DNA from: a virus
DNA length: 64,000 nucleotides
Reading direction: 5' to 3' (one strand)
Virus record (IMG/VR): IMGVR_UViG_3300023720_000218
The position numbers and the translations under genes were made by a program. This document shows positions 26,208 to 36,483 of the stretch, piece after piece (position 1 is the first letter of the stretch; each line of letters starts with the position of its first letter). Below the pieces are notes generated by a model. It was not told where the DNA came from, did no database searches, and saw nothing but the letters and a program-made list of their open reading frames with translations.

Positions 26208-26909
26208 ATGAAAGGATTTACAGAAATGACCGAGCAAGAGATTCTTGCGTTAACGGAGGAAGATGTACAGAAATTGATTAAACTCCGCATGATGGAGGAA
26301 GGTATCAAAATCATGGATAAACCCAAAATTCCCGAATTATTTGAAATTGAGCCTGCTGATATTCAGTACTTCTCAATTCCGCTTTTGGATGGTTTTGCGT
26401 TTACTGACATTAATGAAGCGACTAAGGTTGCTGGAATTCTGAAAAGCGCGAAGTCATTGCGAAAGGTTGATTACGATTGGAATAAACTTGGGAGTGATTA
26501 CAAGTTCCTTAAAAATAGTGAGAAATACAAGTTTAATGGAAACTCTGATTTTGACATCATTTCAGGATGGGCTTATTCGGATGAACTATATGCTAAGATT
26601 TCAAGCTTTGCCGCACAGAACAAGGTTATGAAAGAACAAGCTGCGAAAGACCGAAAGGAATATGACGAAAAGATGCAAGAAGCGTCCGGCATCATCTCGG
26701 AGATAAGCGGACGGGTTAAAGAGGTCAAAGTTAAGTATGAGCGATTGAATAGGCTTACTTACAAATTCGCTACTGACTATTATCCCCTTTCCGATCACAA
26801 CGAGGATATGGCAATGAAATTTATGGCTAAAGCCTATTCTTTTACAGATGAAGAAAAAGAATACATATTACAGAATTACAAAGAATTACTATCCACAAGT
26901 GATGAATAA
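26208..26909 (+). CDS. hypothetical protein
   Basis: 233-aa ORF. Confidence 0.35.
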   Translation: MKGFTEMTEQEILALTEEDVQKLIKLRMMEEGIKIMDKPKIPELFEIEPADIQYFSIPLLDGFAFTDINEATKVAGILKSAKSLRKVDYDWNKLGSDYKFLKNSEKYKFNGNSDFDIISGWAYSDELYAKISSFAAQNKVMKEQAAKDRKEYDEKMQEASGIISEISGRVKEVKVKYERLNRLTYKFATDYYPLSDHNEDMAMKFMAKAYSFTDEEKEYILQNYKELLSTSDE

Positions 26910-26980
26910 GTTTTTTAGTTAGTTATTGGCTCCTTGCTTGCGAAAGTAGGGAGTTTTTTGTAAAACTCTAAATTCATTAT

Positions 26981-27949
26981 ATGAGTAATATAGAAGATAC
27001 AATTTACGATCTGCCAAATGAAGAATACCACCGTGGAGAAAGATTCAAAGATTTCCTAAGTAGTACGCAGATTAAAGATTATATGGTGTCCCCAAAGTTT
27101 GCCCGATACAAGGCGTTGCACCCGGAATTATTTGAGATAAGTATTGAAGCCTCTGAAAAAGGTTCACTGTACCATGATGCAATGGAAAGCCTTGTTAATA
27201 CTGGAAAACTTGACAAGTGGCGAAATAACCTTCTTGTATTTGAGCCGCCTATAAATCCTAAAACCGGCTGTCCGTATGGACGAGATACCCAAAAATATCA
27301 GATTGCACTAATAGAGGCCAAAGAGTCAAATCCGGGTAAAACGTTGACAAGCACAACCGATATACAATTGGTTGAAACAATGGTTTATGAGCTTCTTAAT
27401 AATTGCCGGGACACCTCCAAACAGATCAGGCAGATATTAAAATGGGGAAAAGCCGAAGTCAGCCATTTCGTTGAATACGAAGGATGCAAGTTCAAATATC
27501 GCCCTGATGTGGAAACGGCCAAGAAAATTGTCGACTGGAAAACATTGGCGGTTGATGATCTTCATGAAGAAACAGTTAACCGGACTATTGCCAAATTTCA
27601 TTACGGTATTTCGGCAGCCTTCTACCAGTTTTTTGAACATGAACGTACTGGAGTATGGAAGGAGTTCTACTGGGTTATGCAACAAAAGACAGCTCCCTAT
27701 GACGCAGTATTTGTCAGTGCAGCTAACTGGGCTTTCCATTTGGAAGACGGAATTGTGAAAATGGGTGCAAGTGCATTGGCATTCAAGAAATTGTTAGACC
27801 AGCATGTTTACTGTACACAAAACAATGATTTTGACGGTGCACAGATATTTATTCAGCCGGGATTCAAAGGGCGAAGAATAATGGTGCCGGACACACCTGC
27901 ATTTGAAAAGAACAAGATGTTTAACTTTTATAATAATCAAGAGCAATGA
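26981..27949 (+). CDS. putative recombination exonuclease (partner of RecT; PD-(D/E)XK-like)
   Basis: 322-aa ORF immediately upstream of the RecT-family gene, with a 4-nt overlap. The call is by synteny with Exo/RecE-RecT pairs; the motif was not verified. Confidence 0.35.
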   Translation: MSNIEDTIYDLPNEEYHRGERFKDFLSSTQIKDYMVSPKFARYKALHPELFEISIEASEKGSLYHDAMESLVNTGKLDKWRNNLLVFEPPINPKTGCPYGRDTQKYQIALIEAKESNPGKTLTSTTDIQLVETMVYELLNNCRDTSKQIRQILKWGKAEVSHFVEYEGCKFKYRPDVETAKKIVDWKTLAVDDLHEETVNRTIAKFHYGISAAFYQFFEHERTGVWKEFYWVMQQKTAPYDAVFVSAANWAFHLEDGIVKMGASALAFKKLLDQHVYCTQNNDFDGAQIFIQPGFKGRRIMVPDTPAFEKNKMFNFYNNQEQ

Positions 27950-28854
27950 GTAAAACAGAGAATCAATCCCCCCAACAAGGGAACTTGGGAATGGAACAAC
28001 ACAATGCTCCTTCACCAACAAAAACAGAACCGGTCTCCCCAACACCTTCCACACCACAACCGCCCGTTCCTTCTGCCCCACCAGCCTTTCCAGTACAACT
28101 GAAAGGATTGGAAAGTTGTTTTATCTCCCCTAAAAAGGCATTTATAGCAGCTGGTGGCACAGAACAGCAATTTGCCCGTGAAGTCAATTTCGCTATGCAG
28201 GCAATGTTGAATAATCCTTATTTGATTGACTGTGCCCGGCAATATCCCGATCATCTTGTCGAAGCAATCAAAAACGTTTCTCTTACCGGTCTGACACTCA
28301 ATCCTGAACTAAGATTGGGGTATCTTGTACCATACAAAGGCAAAGTGAAGTTCCAAGCTTCATATATGGGGAAAGTTGATATTTTGATCCGCACCGGCGT
28401 TGTAAAAGATATTTATTCTGATTTGGTTTATGCTAATGACGAGTTCAGCATGACAAAAGGTACCGGTGGCACTATCATCCACAAACCCAATGTATTCGGA
28501 GAACGTGGTGATCTTCTTGGAGGCTACTATTTTGCAGTCTTGACTTCCGGTGTTGTAAAATTCGATGCAATGCCCAAAGCACGTATTGAAGAAATAAAAA
28601 GTCGTAGTGAGGCTGTCAAGAAAGGCAAGCAATCTCCGTGGGACACAGACTTTGAAGAAATGGCTCGAAAAACAATCGTGAACTGGGCTTTCAAATTCCT
28701 GCCCAAAACCGGCATTTCAGATTCCATGATTAAAGTTCTTGAAACAGAGAGCCAGTTGGATGATGAAATGTTTGAAGACTGGAAAAAGGCACAAGGTCAG
28801 AAACCGGACGATTTTGAGGAAGACGATACTCCATACGCAGAAGAAGTCAAGTAA
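27946..28854 (+). CDS. recT: RecT-family single-strand annealing protein
   Basis: The central region (…FAREVNFAMQAMLNNPYL…LNPELRLGYLVPYKGKVKFQASYMGKVDIL…) resembles RecT. It has a Pro-rich N-terminal tail and an acidic C-terminus. Confidence 0.55.
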   Translation: MSKTENQSPQQGNLGMEQHNAPSPTKTEPVSPTPSTPQPPVPSAPPAFPVQLKGLESCFISPKKAFIAAGGTEQQFAREVNFAMQAMLNNPYLIDCARQYPDHLVEAIKNVSLTGLTLNPELRLGYLVPYKGKVKFQASYMGKVDILIRTGVVKDIYSDLVYANDEFSMTKGTGGTIIHKPNVFGERGDLLGGYYFAVLTSGVVKFDAMPKARIEEIKSRSEAVKKGKQSPWDTDFEEMARKTIVNWAFKFLPKTGISDSMIKVLETESQLDDEMFEDWKKAQGQKPDDFEEDDTPYAEEVK

Positions 28855-29074
28855 TGGATTCATGTGAAAAAATTAGTAACAGTATCACAGCGGCTAAAGA
28901 ACTGATCGAAAATGAAACACGTTCTTTGGCTGCTTTACATAAAGCAAAACAGCTTGAAAAAGAGCTTCATAAATCCGGCAAGTTGTTTCGTATTCCTACA
29001 ATGAACGGAATTATAGAAACAACCTGCCCGGAAAAATACATAGAATACAATAACCAGTTTAAAATCAAATTAAA

Positions 29075-29689
29075 ATGAGAACAGTAACAGTTGAAGTGCC
29101 CGAAGGACACATGGTAAAAATCGTGAAAGAAGAAAGTATGCAACCTACTCAAAAAGTTACGGGGGGGGGTAAATTTGAATTTGAGGGTGAGACATTCATC
29201 CCCGGTGACGTAATTATCAATCCGAATCGCGGAGGGGGCAGCATGATGATTCTCTCTGAAATTAGAGAAGAAAGGCCACTCTCTTTTTTACCGGCAATTA
29301 AAGTACCTTTCGGCCTTGTCGCCTATGTTCCTTCCAATGATGAAGGTGACAGAGTTTTTGTAAGACTCACACCCGAAGCTGGTATCGGAGGCATGAAGGG
29401 ATTCCGTAAAGCTACGGAAGAGGAAAAGGCAAAGATGCTTGCCGCCATGAAGGAAGAAAAACATTACTCCTTCAATTTTGAGAAGTTACAGCCTGAATAT
29501 ATCCCGACTGTCGGCGATGTTGTTATTGTATGGGATGATAATAGCAAAGAAAATGCGGTAGTCGGTGTTATGAATGAAATGGATAAAACAGTCAGGCCAT
29601 ACAAGATAAATGATGGTACTTGGTATGGGAACTGCGACAAGTTCGTTTCAGAAGAACAATATAAAAATTTGATTGATGGGAAAGAGTAA
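29075..29689 (+). CDS. hypothetical protein containing an in-frame G9 tract (codons ACG GGG GGG GGT)
   Basis: 204-aa ORF. The 9-G run at 29161-29169 encodes TGGGK. Confidence 0.4.
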   Translation: MRTVTVEVPEGHMVKIVKEESMQPTQKVTGGGKFEFEGETFIPGDVIINPNRGGGSMMILSEIREERPLSFLPAIKVPFGLVAYVPSNDEGDRVFVRLTPEAGIGGMKGFRKATEEEKAKMLAAMKEEKHYSFNFEKLQPEYIPTVGDVVIVWDDNSKENAVVGVMNEMDKTVRPYKINDGTWYGNCDKFVSEEQYKNLIDGKE

Positions 29690-29745
29690 ATCTAAATCGG
29701 GGGGGGCGAGAAATTACACTCCCCTTCTCACAGCTCGCCCAAAGG

Positions 29746-29975
29746 GAATGAGCTACCAAGAATATCGTGAACGCAGAGCCTATCAGAACGCATGGTTGAA
29801 AGAGCGACTGAAAGGCTTTATTTGTTATGTATCGTCTGAACTGGTTGTATATGACAAAATAACGGGATTACCCCGATTATTCAATCATCGTACAGATGAT
29901 ATACACAAAGCAAACATAAGGACTAACCCACAGCCATTTGTCGGTTCTGCCCGATATGGCTTAAAACCTTTATGA
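29746..29975 (+). CDS. hypothetical small protein
   Basis: Start placed at MSYQEY. The ORF track begins at 29673, which is inside the preceding gene and would include the G8 tract at 29699-29706. Confidence 0.25.
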
Positions 29976-29976
29976 T

Positions 29977-30405
29977 ATGGATAAAGAACTATTTAAAGAT
30001 AAGAATCCATTGCTTCGCAGACAAATGTTGGAAGACAATTGCGCAGCAGTTGAAAGAATTACCTATACTTCTCCTTTCAGCGAGGAAGAAATGGGTGAAC
30101 GGAAAACGGAGTTGGCAAATATTGACCTTGACATGGCCGCACTGGAAGAAGAAAAGAAAGCTTTCATGCAAGCATACAAGGACAAACTGAAACCTAAAAA
30201 GGAACGTAAAAAAACGTTGCTTACCGATATAAAACGTGGTTATGAGGAAATTACGGATGAATGCTTTAAGTTTATGGATCGTAGCACCCGTACCACCGGA
30301 TATTACAATGGTAATGGCGATTTGGTTAAAGAACGTCCGATGGAGGCACAAGAGATGCAAAAAACGGTCTTCGAGGACATTGAATCTACTGGTACGGAGG
30401 GATAA
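29977..30405 (+). CDS. hypothetical acidic coiled-coil protein
   Basis: 142-aa ORF. Confidence 0.35.
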   Translation: MDKELFKDKNPLLRRQMLEDNCAAVERITYTSPFSEEEMGERKTELANIDLDMAALEEEKKAFMQAYKDKLKPKKERKKTLLTDIKRGYEEITDECFKFMDRSTRTTGYYNGNGDLVKERPMEAQEMQKTVFEDIESTGTEG

Positions 30406-30408
30406 GCC

Positions 30409-30687
30409 ATGAGAAAAGAAGAACTTATCAAGCAAGTAGCCGAATCAACCGGTATTGCTATTTGCGAAGTCCGAACAGTTATAGAAGCAGCATTGAAGGA
30501 AACCGTGGATGCAGTAGCTAATGGAAGAACTCTTTATATCAGAGGTTTTGGTACACTGTCACCCAAACACTATAAACGAAAAGTTGCTCGTAACATACAC
30601 AAAAACGAGACTATTGTCATAGCGGAGCATTATACTCCACACTTCAAACCAGCCAAATCATTTAAAAACAGAACTAAAAATTTGTAG
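30409..30687 (+). CDS. HU/IHF-family DNA-binding protein
   Basis: 92 aa. MRKEELIKQVAESTGI…GFGTLSPKHYKRKVARN… matches the HU fold signature (the GFGxF arm region). Confidence 0.7.
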   Translation: MRKEELIKQVAESTGIAICEVRTVIEAALKETVDAVANGRTLYIRGFGTLSPKHYKRKVARNIHKNETIVIAEHYTPHFKPAKSFKNRTKNL

Positions 30688-30693
30688 AACAAC

Positions 30694-31437
30694 ATGGAAA
30701 ACGAAAAGATGCAAGTGAACTTTGCTCCGGGTGTGACCGAAGCAACCCTTAGAGTTATTGAACTTCACGAAGAAAATGAGTTACCGGTACTGGAGCCTGA
30801 TAAGGTAGAATTAGCCGGAACAATTGGAAGTGTTCATGAATTTCTCTTGAAAAGAATCTCTGAAAAAGAACAGATCAATCAGAAACGTTGCTATATTCTT
30901 GTTGATCGGGAGAAAATGACACTTAAACTTGTCACCAATGAAACTGACAGTAGGAATAAAGCTACTGTAAGAGGTGAGTTGAAATACTATCCCAAGTTTC
31001 TTGAATTTGGTATTAACACAAGCAAGACATGGGAACCGGTGCAGCTTTCAAAGTTCTTCAAAATGAATCGTGCCTTCTTCAAGGATGCACAATACAACAT
31101 GGAACTGGTAACAGTCTTGAAGAACTTCAAAGCCAGCATTGACTCAAAAGTGGAAAACTCCCGACAAGACAACGGTAGTCGCACTGACAATTACAGCCAA
31201 GTTGTCAACTCCAATCTTCCGGCCTCATTCAATCTTATTGTCCCGATTTTCAAAGGTCGCCCTGCAGAAGAGATTGAAGTGGAAATCATTGCAGATGTGG
31301 ACGGGCGTAATATTCGATTGTCCCTTTGCTCCCCTGGTGCAGAAGTGATAGTGGAAGAGGAACGCAACAAGGCCATTGACGAGCAATTATTGTTGATCCG
31401 TAAATTGGCACCGGATATTGCCATTATCGAACAATAA
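30694..31437 (+). CDS. hypothetical protein
   Basis: 247-aa ORF. Confidence 0.35.
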   Translation: MENEKMQVNFAPGVTEATLRVIELHEENELPVLEPDKVELAGTIGSVHEFLLKRISEKEQINQKRCYILVDREKMTLKLVTNETDSRNKATVRGELKYYPKFLEFGINTSKTWEPVQLSKFFKMNRAFFKDAQYNMELVTVLKNFKASIDSKVENSRQDNGSRTDNYSQVVNSNLPASFNLIVPIFKGRPAEEIEVEIIADVDGRNIRLSLCSPGAEVIVEEERNKAIDEQLLLIRKLAPDIAIIEQ

Positions 31438-31598
31438 CAATGAAGACTGTAAAGAAATACTGGAAGCCGGTACTTGTCGTATCGGCTTTCTTCATTGGCA
31501 ACCGCGTATTCAATCACATAAATGCGTGGTTGGGAATTTCAATAATTATGCTGACAGTAGCATTTATAGTTTATAATATCATTAAAAAAAAGTAGAAA

Positions 31599-32408
31599 AT
31601 GAAAAGAAAGATTGATTTTTTGATTGTGGCACTATTTGCCGTTGTTTTGTTTGCTTCATGCGAAAGAGTTGCTCCCAATTATGCCGGTGTCCTTATGGAG
31701 AACTACGGCAAACAAGGGAAAGAAGATTTTAAAATCGTTGCCGGTAAGGTATCTACATGGGAATTAGGCACAGAGCTTTTTCAAGTTCCGCTATTCGATC
31801 AGCGCGGAGAATTTTCTGATCCAGTCACACTAAAGGCAGCCGACAATACAGAGTTTACAGCCCGGCCAACTTACTCTTATAAAGTAATGAAAAACAGGGC
31901 TATTGATATTGTATTTGATAACAAGCATATTGATAAGGCTGACACCCCATCGGGAAAAGATGGCTTTATGCAATCATTAGAAGATAATATTTTGGAGCCA
32001 CGTATATATGATCTTATCAAAGAAGAAAGTCGCAAACATAAAACAGACAGTCTGATGGCTGACGGTGGTTCATTGGTATTTGAAAAGAGACTGGAACAGA
32101 TCGTTGATAAAGAATTTGAGAAACGGGGATTGCAGTTGTTGACCTTCTCCGCACAATTGGAATTTTCAAGAGCTGTCCGCGATAAAATAGATAGCCGTAA
32201 CGAGGTAAACACTAATATTTCGGTACTTGATCAGAAGATTGAAGAACAAAAGAAGCAAAACGAACTGGAGCAACTAAAAACAGAACAAGCTTTAATTGCG
32301 TCCCGTGGACTCACCCGTGAGATTTTATATAAACAATTTATAGACAAGTGGGACGGGAAGACACCTCTATATGGCATTGCTCCTGAATTTTTAAAAATGA
32401 CAAAATAA
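31599..32408 (+). CDS. SPFH/band-7 (prohibitin/stomatin-like) domain lipoprotein
   Basis: Signal peptide with lipobox (…VVLFASC), followed by an SPFH-like core and a C-terminal coiled coil (…QKIEEQKKQNELEQLKTEQALIASRG…). Confidence 0.5.
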   Translation: MKRKIDFLIVALFAVVLFASCERVAPNYAGVLMENYGKQGKEDFKIVAGKVSTWELGTELFQVPLFDQRGEFSDPVTLKAADNTEFTARPTYSYKVMKNRAIDIVFDNKHIDKADTPSGKDGFMQSLEDNILEPRIYDLIKEESRKHKTDSLMADGGSLVFEKRLEQIVDKEFEKRGLQLLTFSAQLEFSRAVRDKIDSRNEVNTNISVLDQKIEEQKKQNELEQLKTEQALIASRGLTREILYKQFIDKWDGKTPLYGIAPEFLKMTK

Positions 32409-33156
32409 TATGCTGACATTTCAACAAAGAAGAGATACGATATTGTCTCAATTTGCACAAGCAAAAGCCGATTTGGAAACACTTAATAGTGATATTGATG
32501 CAGAAATCGAAAAGAATAAATCTGTTATTTCTACACTAACTTCTAAAAATACAGAATTGGCCTCTTTAAAAAGTAATAATGAAGGCTCAATCAAGACTTT
32601 TGCTAAATTCCTAAAATAATAATTATCAACCCGATTAATAATCAGCTTCTCCCGGTGTGGCTTGACCGCCTATCCGGGAACTATCATGCCTCACCTTTTT
32701 TCTTCTCTTTGCAAGTCGAGCCGAGTACGCTGCATACGCTCCACGGCGGTAGATACTACAAAGAGTCTTTTTGTTCATATAAGAATGCCTCTATTGTGGA
32801 GGCAAACGAATAAGTGGCGGAATTGGAAGACGCTTAGTTTCTGTGGTAAAAATGCACGAATAGCATCACGAGTCAGGTAATCATGCTATTAACACTTGAC
32901 ATACGTACAAACGGAAGCAGAAACGAAAATCCTGATTGCAACAGTTCCCGGTTCGAGTCCGGGCTTATTCTCATAAATCAATCATTATGAAAGTTGAAAT
33001 TCCCGACTATTTCTTAAAATCCTTTATCCGACATTTTGAAAGGATAACCGAGAATTGTAAAGCATCACCTTCTGACATCAAGACCAGTGAAGCACTAAGA
33101 CTTGGAAAGAAAGATATAGTTAAGCTCAAAAGATTTGTAAACAAAAAGTATAATTT

Positions 33157-33612
33157 ATGAAACGAAGGATCATAGGTATAGATGTTGGCAAAAACGGTGG
33201 AATTGTAGTGTACGACACCGAGAATAACAGATTATTGGAGTGTATCAAAATGCCACCAACTCCCAAAGACTTATTAGATTTTCTCTCTATATACAAAGAA
33301 AATAGCGTTTGTTATTTGGAACGAGTGAATGGCATGACCGGACAAAGTGCTTCTGCCTCTTTTGTTTTTGGAGAAGGTTACGGACAGCTGACTATGGGAT
33401 TGATAGCTTGTGGGATTCCGACAGTAACAGTATCTCCACAAACTTGGCAAAAAACTTTAGGATTACGAAATACAGACAAATTGGGTAAGACAGAATGGAA
33501 AAACATCTTAAAGAAGAAAGCCCAACAGCTGTTTCCGTATGCAAAAGTTACATTGGCAACTTCGGATGCCTTACTAATATGTGAATATGGTAGAATTAAA
33601 GAAAATGAATAA
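33157..33612 (+). CDS. RuvC-like Holliday-junction resolvase
   Basis: N-terminal IIGIDVGKNGGIVV (the RuvC/YqgF motif with the first catalytic Asp). 151 aa. Confidence 0.55.
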   Translation: MKRRIIGIDVGKNGGIVVYDTENNRLLECIKMPPTPKDLLDFLSIYKENSVCYLERVNGMTGQSASASFVFGEGYGQLTMGLIACGIPTVTVSPQTWQKTLGLRNTDKLGKTEWKNILKKKAQQLFPYAKVTLATSDALLICEYGRIKENE

Positions 33613-33769
33613 TGGAAAATTTAAAAAAATGCAGCAAATGTGGCCGAGAACTTCCGGTCAGTGAGTTTTGGAGAAATGCTTCAACCGAAGATGGATTGCA
33701 GACATACTGCAAAGAGTGTGGTAATATTTATGCCAAAAACCGTAAGAAAACTCCGGGGGGGGTAATTTG
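33611..33769 (+). CDS. zinc-ribbon protein truncated at a G8 tract (+1 G would extend it to about 92 aa, ending near 33887)
   Basis: MENLKKCSKCGRELPVSEFWRNASTEDGLQTYCKECGNIYAKNRKKTPGGVI*. The G run at 33754-33761 precedes TAATTTGA; with 9 G's the frame stays open to 33887. Confidence 0.4.
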
Positions 33770-33886
33770 AAGAAAATATATTCCAATTCTGAATTGGCAA
33801 GATTTTCTCCACGGGAACTTATCACAGAATTGAAAGCACGTGGATATACCGGAGAATTGAAATACACTCAAACAATATCATTATAA

Positions 33887-34423
33887 ATGGAAAAGTTACG
33901 TCTATTGGTTACAACCAAATGTCCGAACAAATGTCCTATGTGTTGCAACAACTCATGGGATTTTTCAAAATTACCAGTTGTTGAGCACTTTAATTACAAA
34001 GAGATCATGATAACTGGTGGAGAACCACTTTTGTTTCCTGAAAAACTGTCAAATTTGGCCGAAAGTATCAGAACCGTTCAGAAATTGGCCTATGGCAATA
34101 AAGGAAAATTATTTCTATATACGGCACTGGCTGATATGCTTCCCAATTATATCAGATATTTCGATGGAGTTGTTTACACTCCACATTCTGCTAATGATGT
34201 TCATAGTTTATTAAAGGCCAATAATTTTTTGTTGGACTACAAAGATGAACTTATGGAAAGTAAATCTCTTCGACTCAATCTTTTTCCTGATATTAAAAAG
34301 CATATTCCTGACAACACAGACCTTTCGTTATGGAAAGTAAAAGATATGCAATGGATCAAAGATTGCCCGGTTCCGACTGATGAAGAGTTCAAAAGAGTAG
34401 CTGAATTATGGGAGGTGGAATGA
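33887..34423 (+). CDS. radical-SAM activating enzyme (NrdG-like; QueE-like not excluded)
   Basis: CX3CX2C cluster (TTKCPNKCPMCC) and a glycine-rich SAM motif (ITGGEPLLFPE). 178 aa, as for anaerobic RNR activases. Confidence 0.5.
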   Translation: MEKLRLLVTTKCPNKCPMCCNNSWDFSKLPVVEHFNYKEIMITGGEPLLFPEKLSNLAESIRTVQKLAYGNKGKLFLYTALADMLPNYIRYFDGVVYTPHSANDVHSLLKANNFLLDYKDELMESKSLRLNLFPDIKKHIPDNTDLSLWKVKDMQWIKDCPVPTDEEFKRVAELWEVE

Positions 34424-35508
34424 TGAAAGATGTAATTACCCCCCCCCAACATCTCTATCCTTATTGCTGGTCTTTAGAAGATGCTGTTTTTACTAAAGAT
34501 AAAGGAAAGGTGTTTTCTTGTTTTGCATGTGGCGGTGGCTCTACTATGGGTTACAAAATAGCTGGTTACGATGTTATTGGCTGTAATGAGATTGATCCAC
34601 GAATGATGAAATGCTATGAAACAAACCATCATCCCCAGTATAGTTATTTGGAAGATATTCGTGATTTTGTGAGAAGGAAAAATCTTCCCGAAGAATTGTA
34701 CAAATTAGATATATTGGACGGATCACCACCTTGCAGTACATTTAGCATGTCGGGATTACGTGAAGATGCGTGGGGTAAAGAAAAGAAATTCAAGGAAGGT
34801 CAAAAGACACAAGTTTTAGACACGCTCTTTTTTGATTTTATTGCACTTGCCAAACGCTTAAAACCTAAAGTCGTTATTGCTGAAAATGTGAAAGGTCTTC
34901 TTTTAGGGAATGCGATTGATTATGTCAGACGTATATACAAAGACTTTGAGGAAGCTGGTTATTATTGTCAGCATTTTCTTCTTGATGCTTCTAAAATGGG
35001 AGTACCTCAAAAAAGAGAACGTGTATTCTTTATATGTATCAGGCATGATTTGGGAGTCCATTTTCTAAAAGTTTCAGACCTCTTCAATGTTGAACCATAC
35101 ATCGACATGGAATTTAATGAATCGGAAATATATTATGGGGAATATGCGGATTACAAGGGAAAGCCTATTGGCGTAAAAATGAGAAAGTTATTTGAGCAGA
35201 GAGTGGCAGGAGATATTGCTTTGGCAGAGGCCTATAAGAAACAAACTGGAAAACGAGGCTTTTTTAATCAACAATATCTATATGAGAACAAAGTAAGCTA
35301 CACCCTAACAACTCATGCAGACTCAATTATTCCTTTTAAGCAGCCTATATATTTATCACGGTCAGAAGTATGTAATATATCCACATTTCCACAAGATTAT
35401 CATTTCCTCAACCAATCCCCACATTATATCTGTGGAATGAGTGTACCACCCGTTATGATGGCACAAGTAGCCTCACGAGTATGGAAATATTGGTTATCTA
35501 AATTATAA
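34408..35508 (+). CDS. DNA (cytosine-5)-methyltransferase with a C9 tract 10 codons into the ORF
   Basis: Motif I FSCFACGGGSTMGY, motif IV GSPPCSTFS and motif VI ENVKGL. The poly-C at 34439-34447 encodes TPPQ. The likely start is the ATG at 34420, preceded by GGGAGGTGG. Confidence 0.75.
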   Translation: MGGGMMKDVITPPQHLYPYCWSLEDAVFTKDKGKVFSCFACGGGSTMGYKIAGYDVIGCNEIDPRMMKCYETNHHPQYSYLEDIRDFVRRKNLPEELYKLDILDGSPPCSTFSMSGLREDAWGKEKKFKEGQKTQVLDTLFFDFIALAKRLKPKVVIAENVKGLLLGNAIDYVRRIYKDFEEAGYYCQHFLLDASKMGVPQKRERVFFICIRHDLGVHFLKVSDLFNVEPYIDMEFNESEIYYGEYADYKGKPIGVKMRKLFEQRVAGDIALAEAYKKQTGKRGFFNQQYLYENKVSYTLTTHADSIIPFKQPIYLSRSEVCNISTFPQDYHFLNQSPHYICGMSVPPVMMAQVASRVWKYWLSKL

Positions 35509-35513
35509 ATCAA

Positions 35514-35933
35514 ATGAAATCAGAAGAATTAGCAGCCCAATGGTGTCGGGATCATCCTGATGCAACATTGGAACAAGCATTCATGGCCGGATTAGGCCAT
35601 AAGATGAATATGAATAAGGATTCTCTTTCTGCAAGGAAAGACAAATTCAGAAGTGAAGTCCTCATGTATAGAGGGAAATATCCTGATGATATGTTGAAGG
35701 ACTTTTTCGAGTATTGGACTGAATGCGGAGGACGGAAAATGCGCTTTGAGAAGGAACGTACATTTGAAGTTTCCAAACGTTTAGTCAGATGGTCTAATAA
35801 TGATTTTAACAAGTATGGGAAACAACTTAATTCAAGTCAACAGCAATCTCCCGGCAACCGAAAAGAAAGCGTTGAAAGACTTGCTGACCTTGCAAGCGGA
35901 GTATTACAAGGGATTGCACGTAAGTTCGATTAA
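35514..35933 (+). CDS. hypothetical protein
   Basis: 139-aa ORF. Confidence 0.3.
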   Translation: MKSEELAAQWCRDHPDATLEQAFMAGLGHKMNMNKDSLSARKDKFRSEVLMYRGKYPDDMLKDFFEYWTECGGRKMRFEKERTFEVSKRLVRWSNNDFNKYGKQLNSSQQQSPGNRKESVERLADLASGVLQGIARKFD

Positions 35934-36483
35934 AGAAGCTGTTCTCAACACTCCTAACCTACCACTCTCCGTTATAAGAAAAGAAATCACATTGGCTGGC
36001 GCAAGAGCCATACTGGTAATTGCGATTAACGAGCTTGTGTCTTTTTTCAATGTTGGAAAAACGATGAATGATGTTCAAGTGGCACTTACCGCTGATCTAA
36101 TAATAGACAGATTCTATTATCTCAAATTGGAGGAAATCAAATTATGTTTCCGTAATGCTATGGCTTCCGGTAAGATTTACGATAGACTGGACGGTAATAT
36201 CATTCTCGGCTGGTTAAATGAATACGATGCACAGCGTGATGAAATTGTTTCTTCTCTTTCAATTAATGAAGCCCATGAACAAAATAATAACAGCACTGGA
36301 ATGTTCTACGGAGAATATATCAAACATCTAACTGAAAGATCGGAAAATGGAGATGAAGAGGCCAAAGAATTATTGGAATCCCATCAATCATTCATACAAA
36401 GGATGAAATCAAATGATAAAGAAGCCGCTTTCAAAAAATGGAAAGAAGAATATTATGGAAGAACTAAGAGACAAACTACTTGA
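35800..36483 (+). CDS. hypothetical protein (start uncertain; overlaps the preceding ORF)
   Basis: 227-aa ORF. Confidence 0.3.
   Translation: MILTSMGNNLIQVNSNLPATEKKALKDLLTLQAEYYKGLHVSSIKEAVLNTPNLPLSVIRKEITLAGARAILVIAINELVSFFNVGKTMNDVQVALTADLIIDRFYYLKLEEIKLCFRNAMASGKIYDRLDGNIILGWLNEYDAQRDEIVSSLSINEAHEQNNNSTGMFYGEYIKHLTERSENGDEEAKELLESHQSFIQRMKSNDKEAAFKKWKEEYYGRTKRQTT

Noticed and set aside
32662-32880. 72-aa plus-strand ORF
   Set aside because: Arg/Cys-rich translation of a structured non-coding region, with no RBS or start context.
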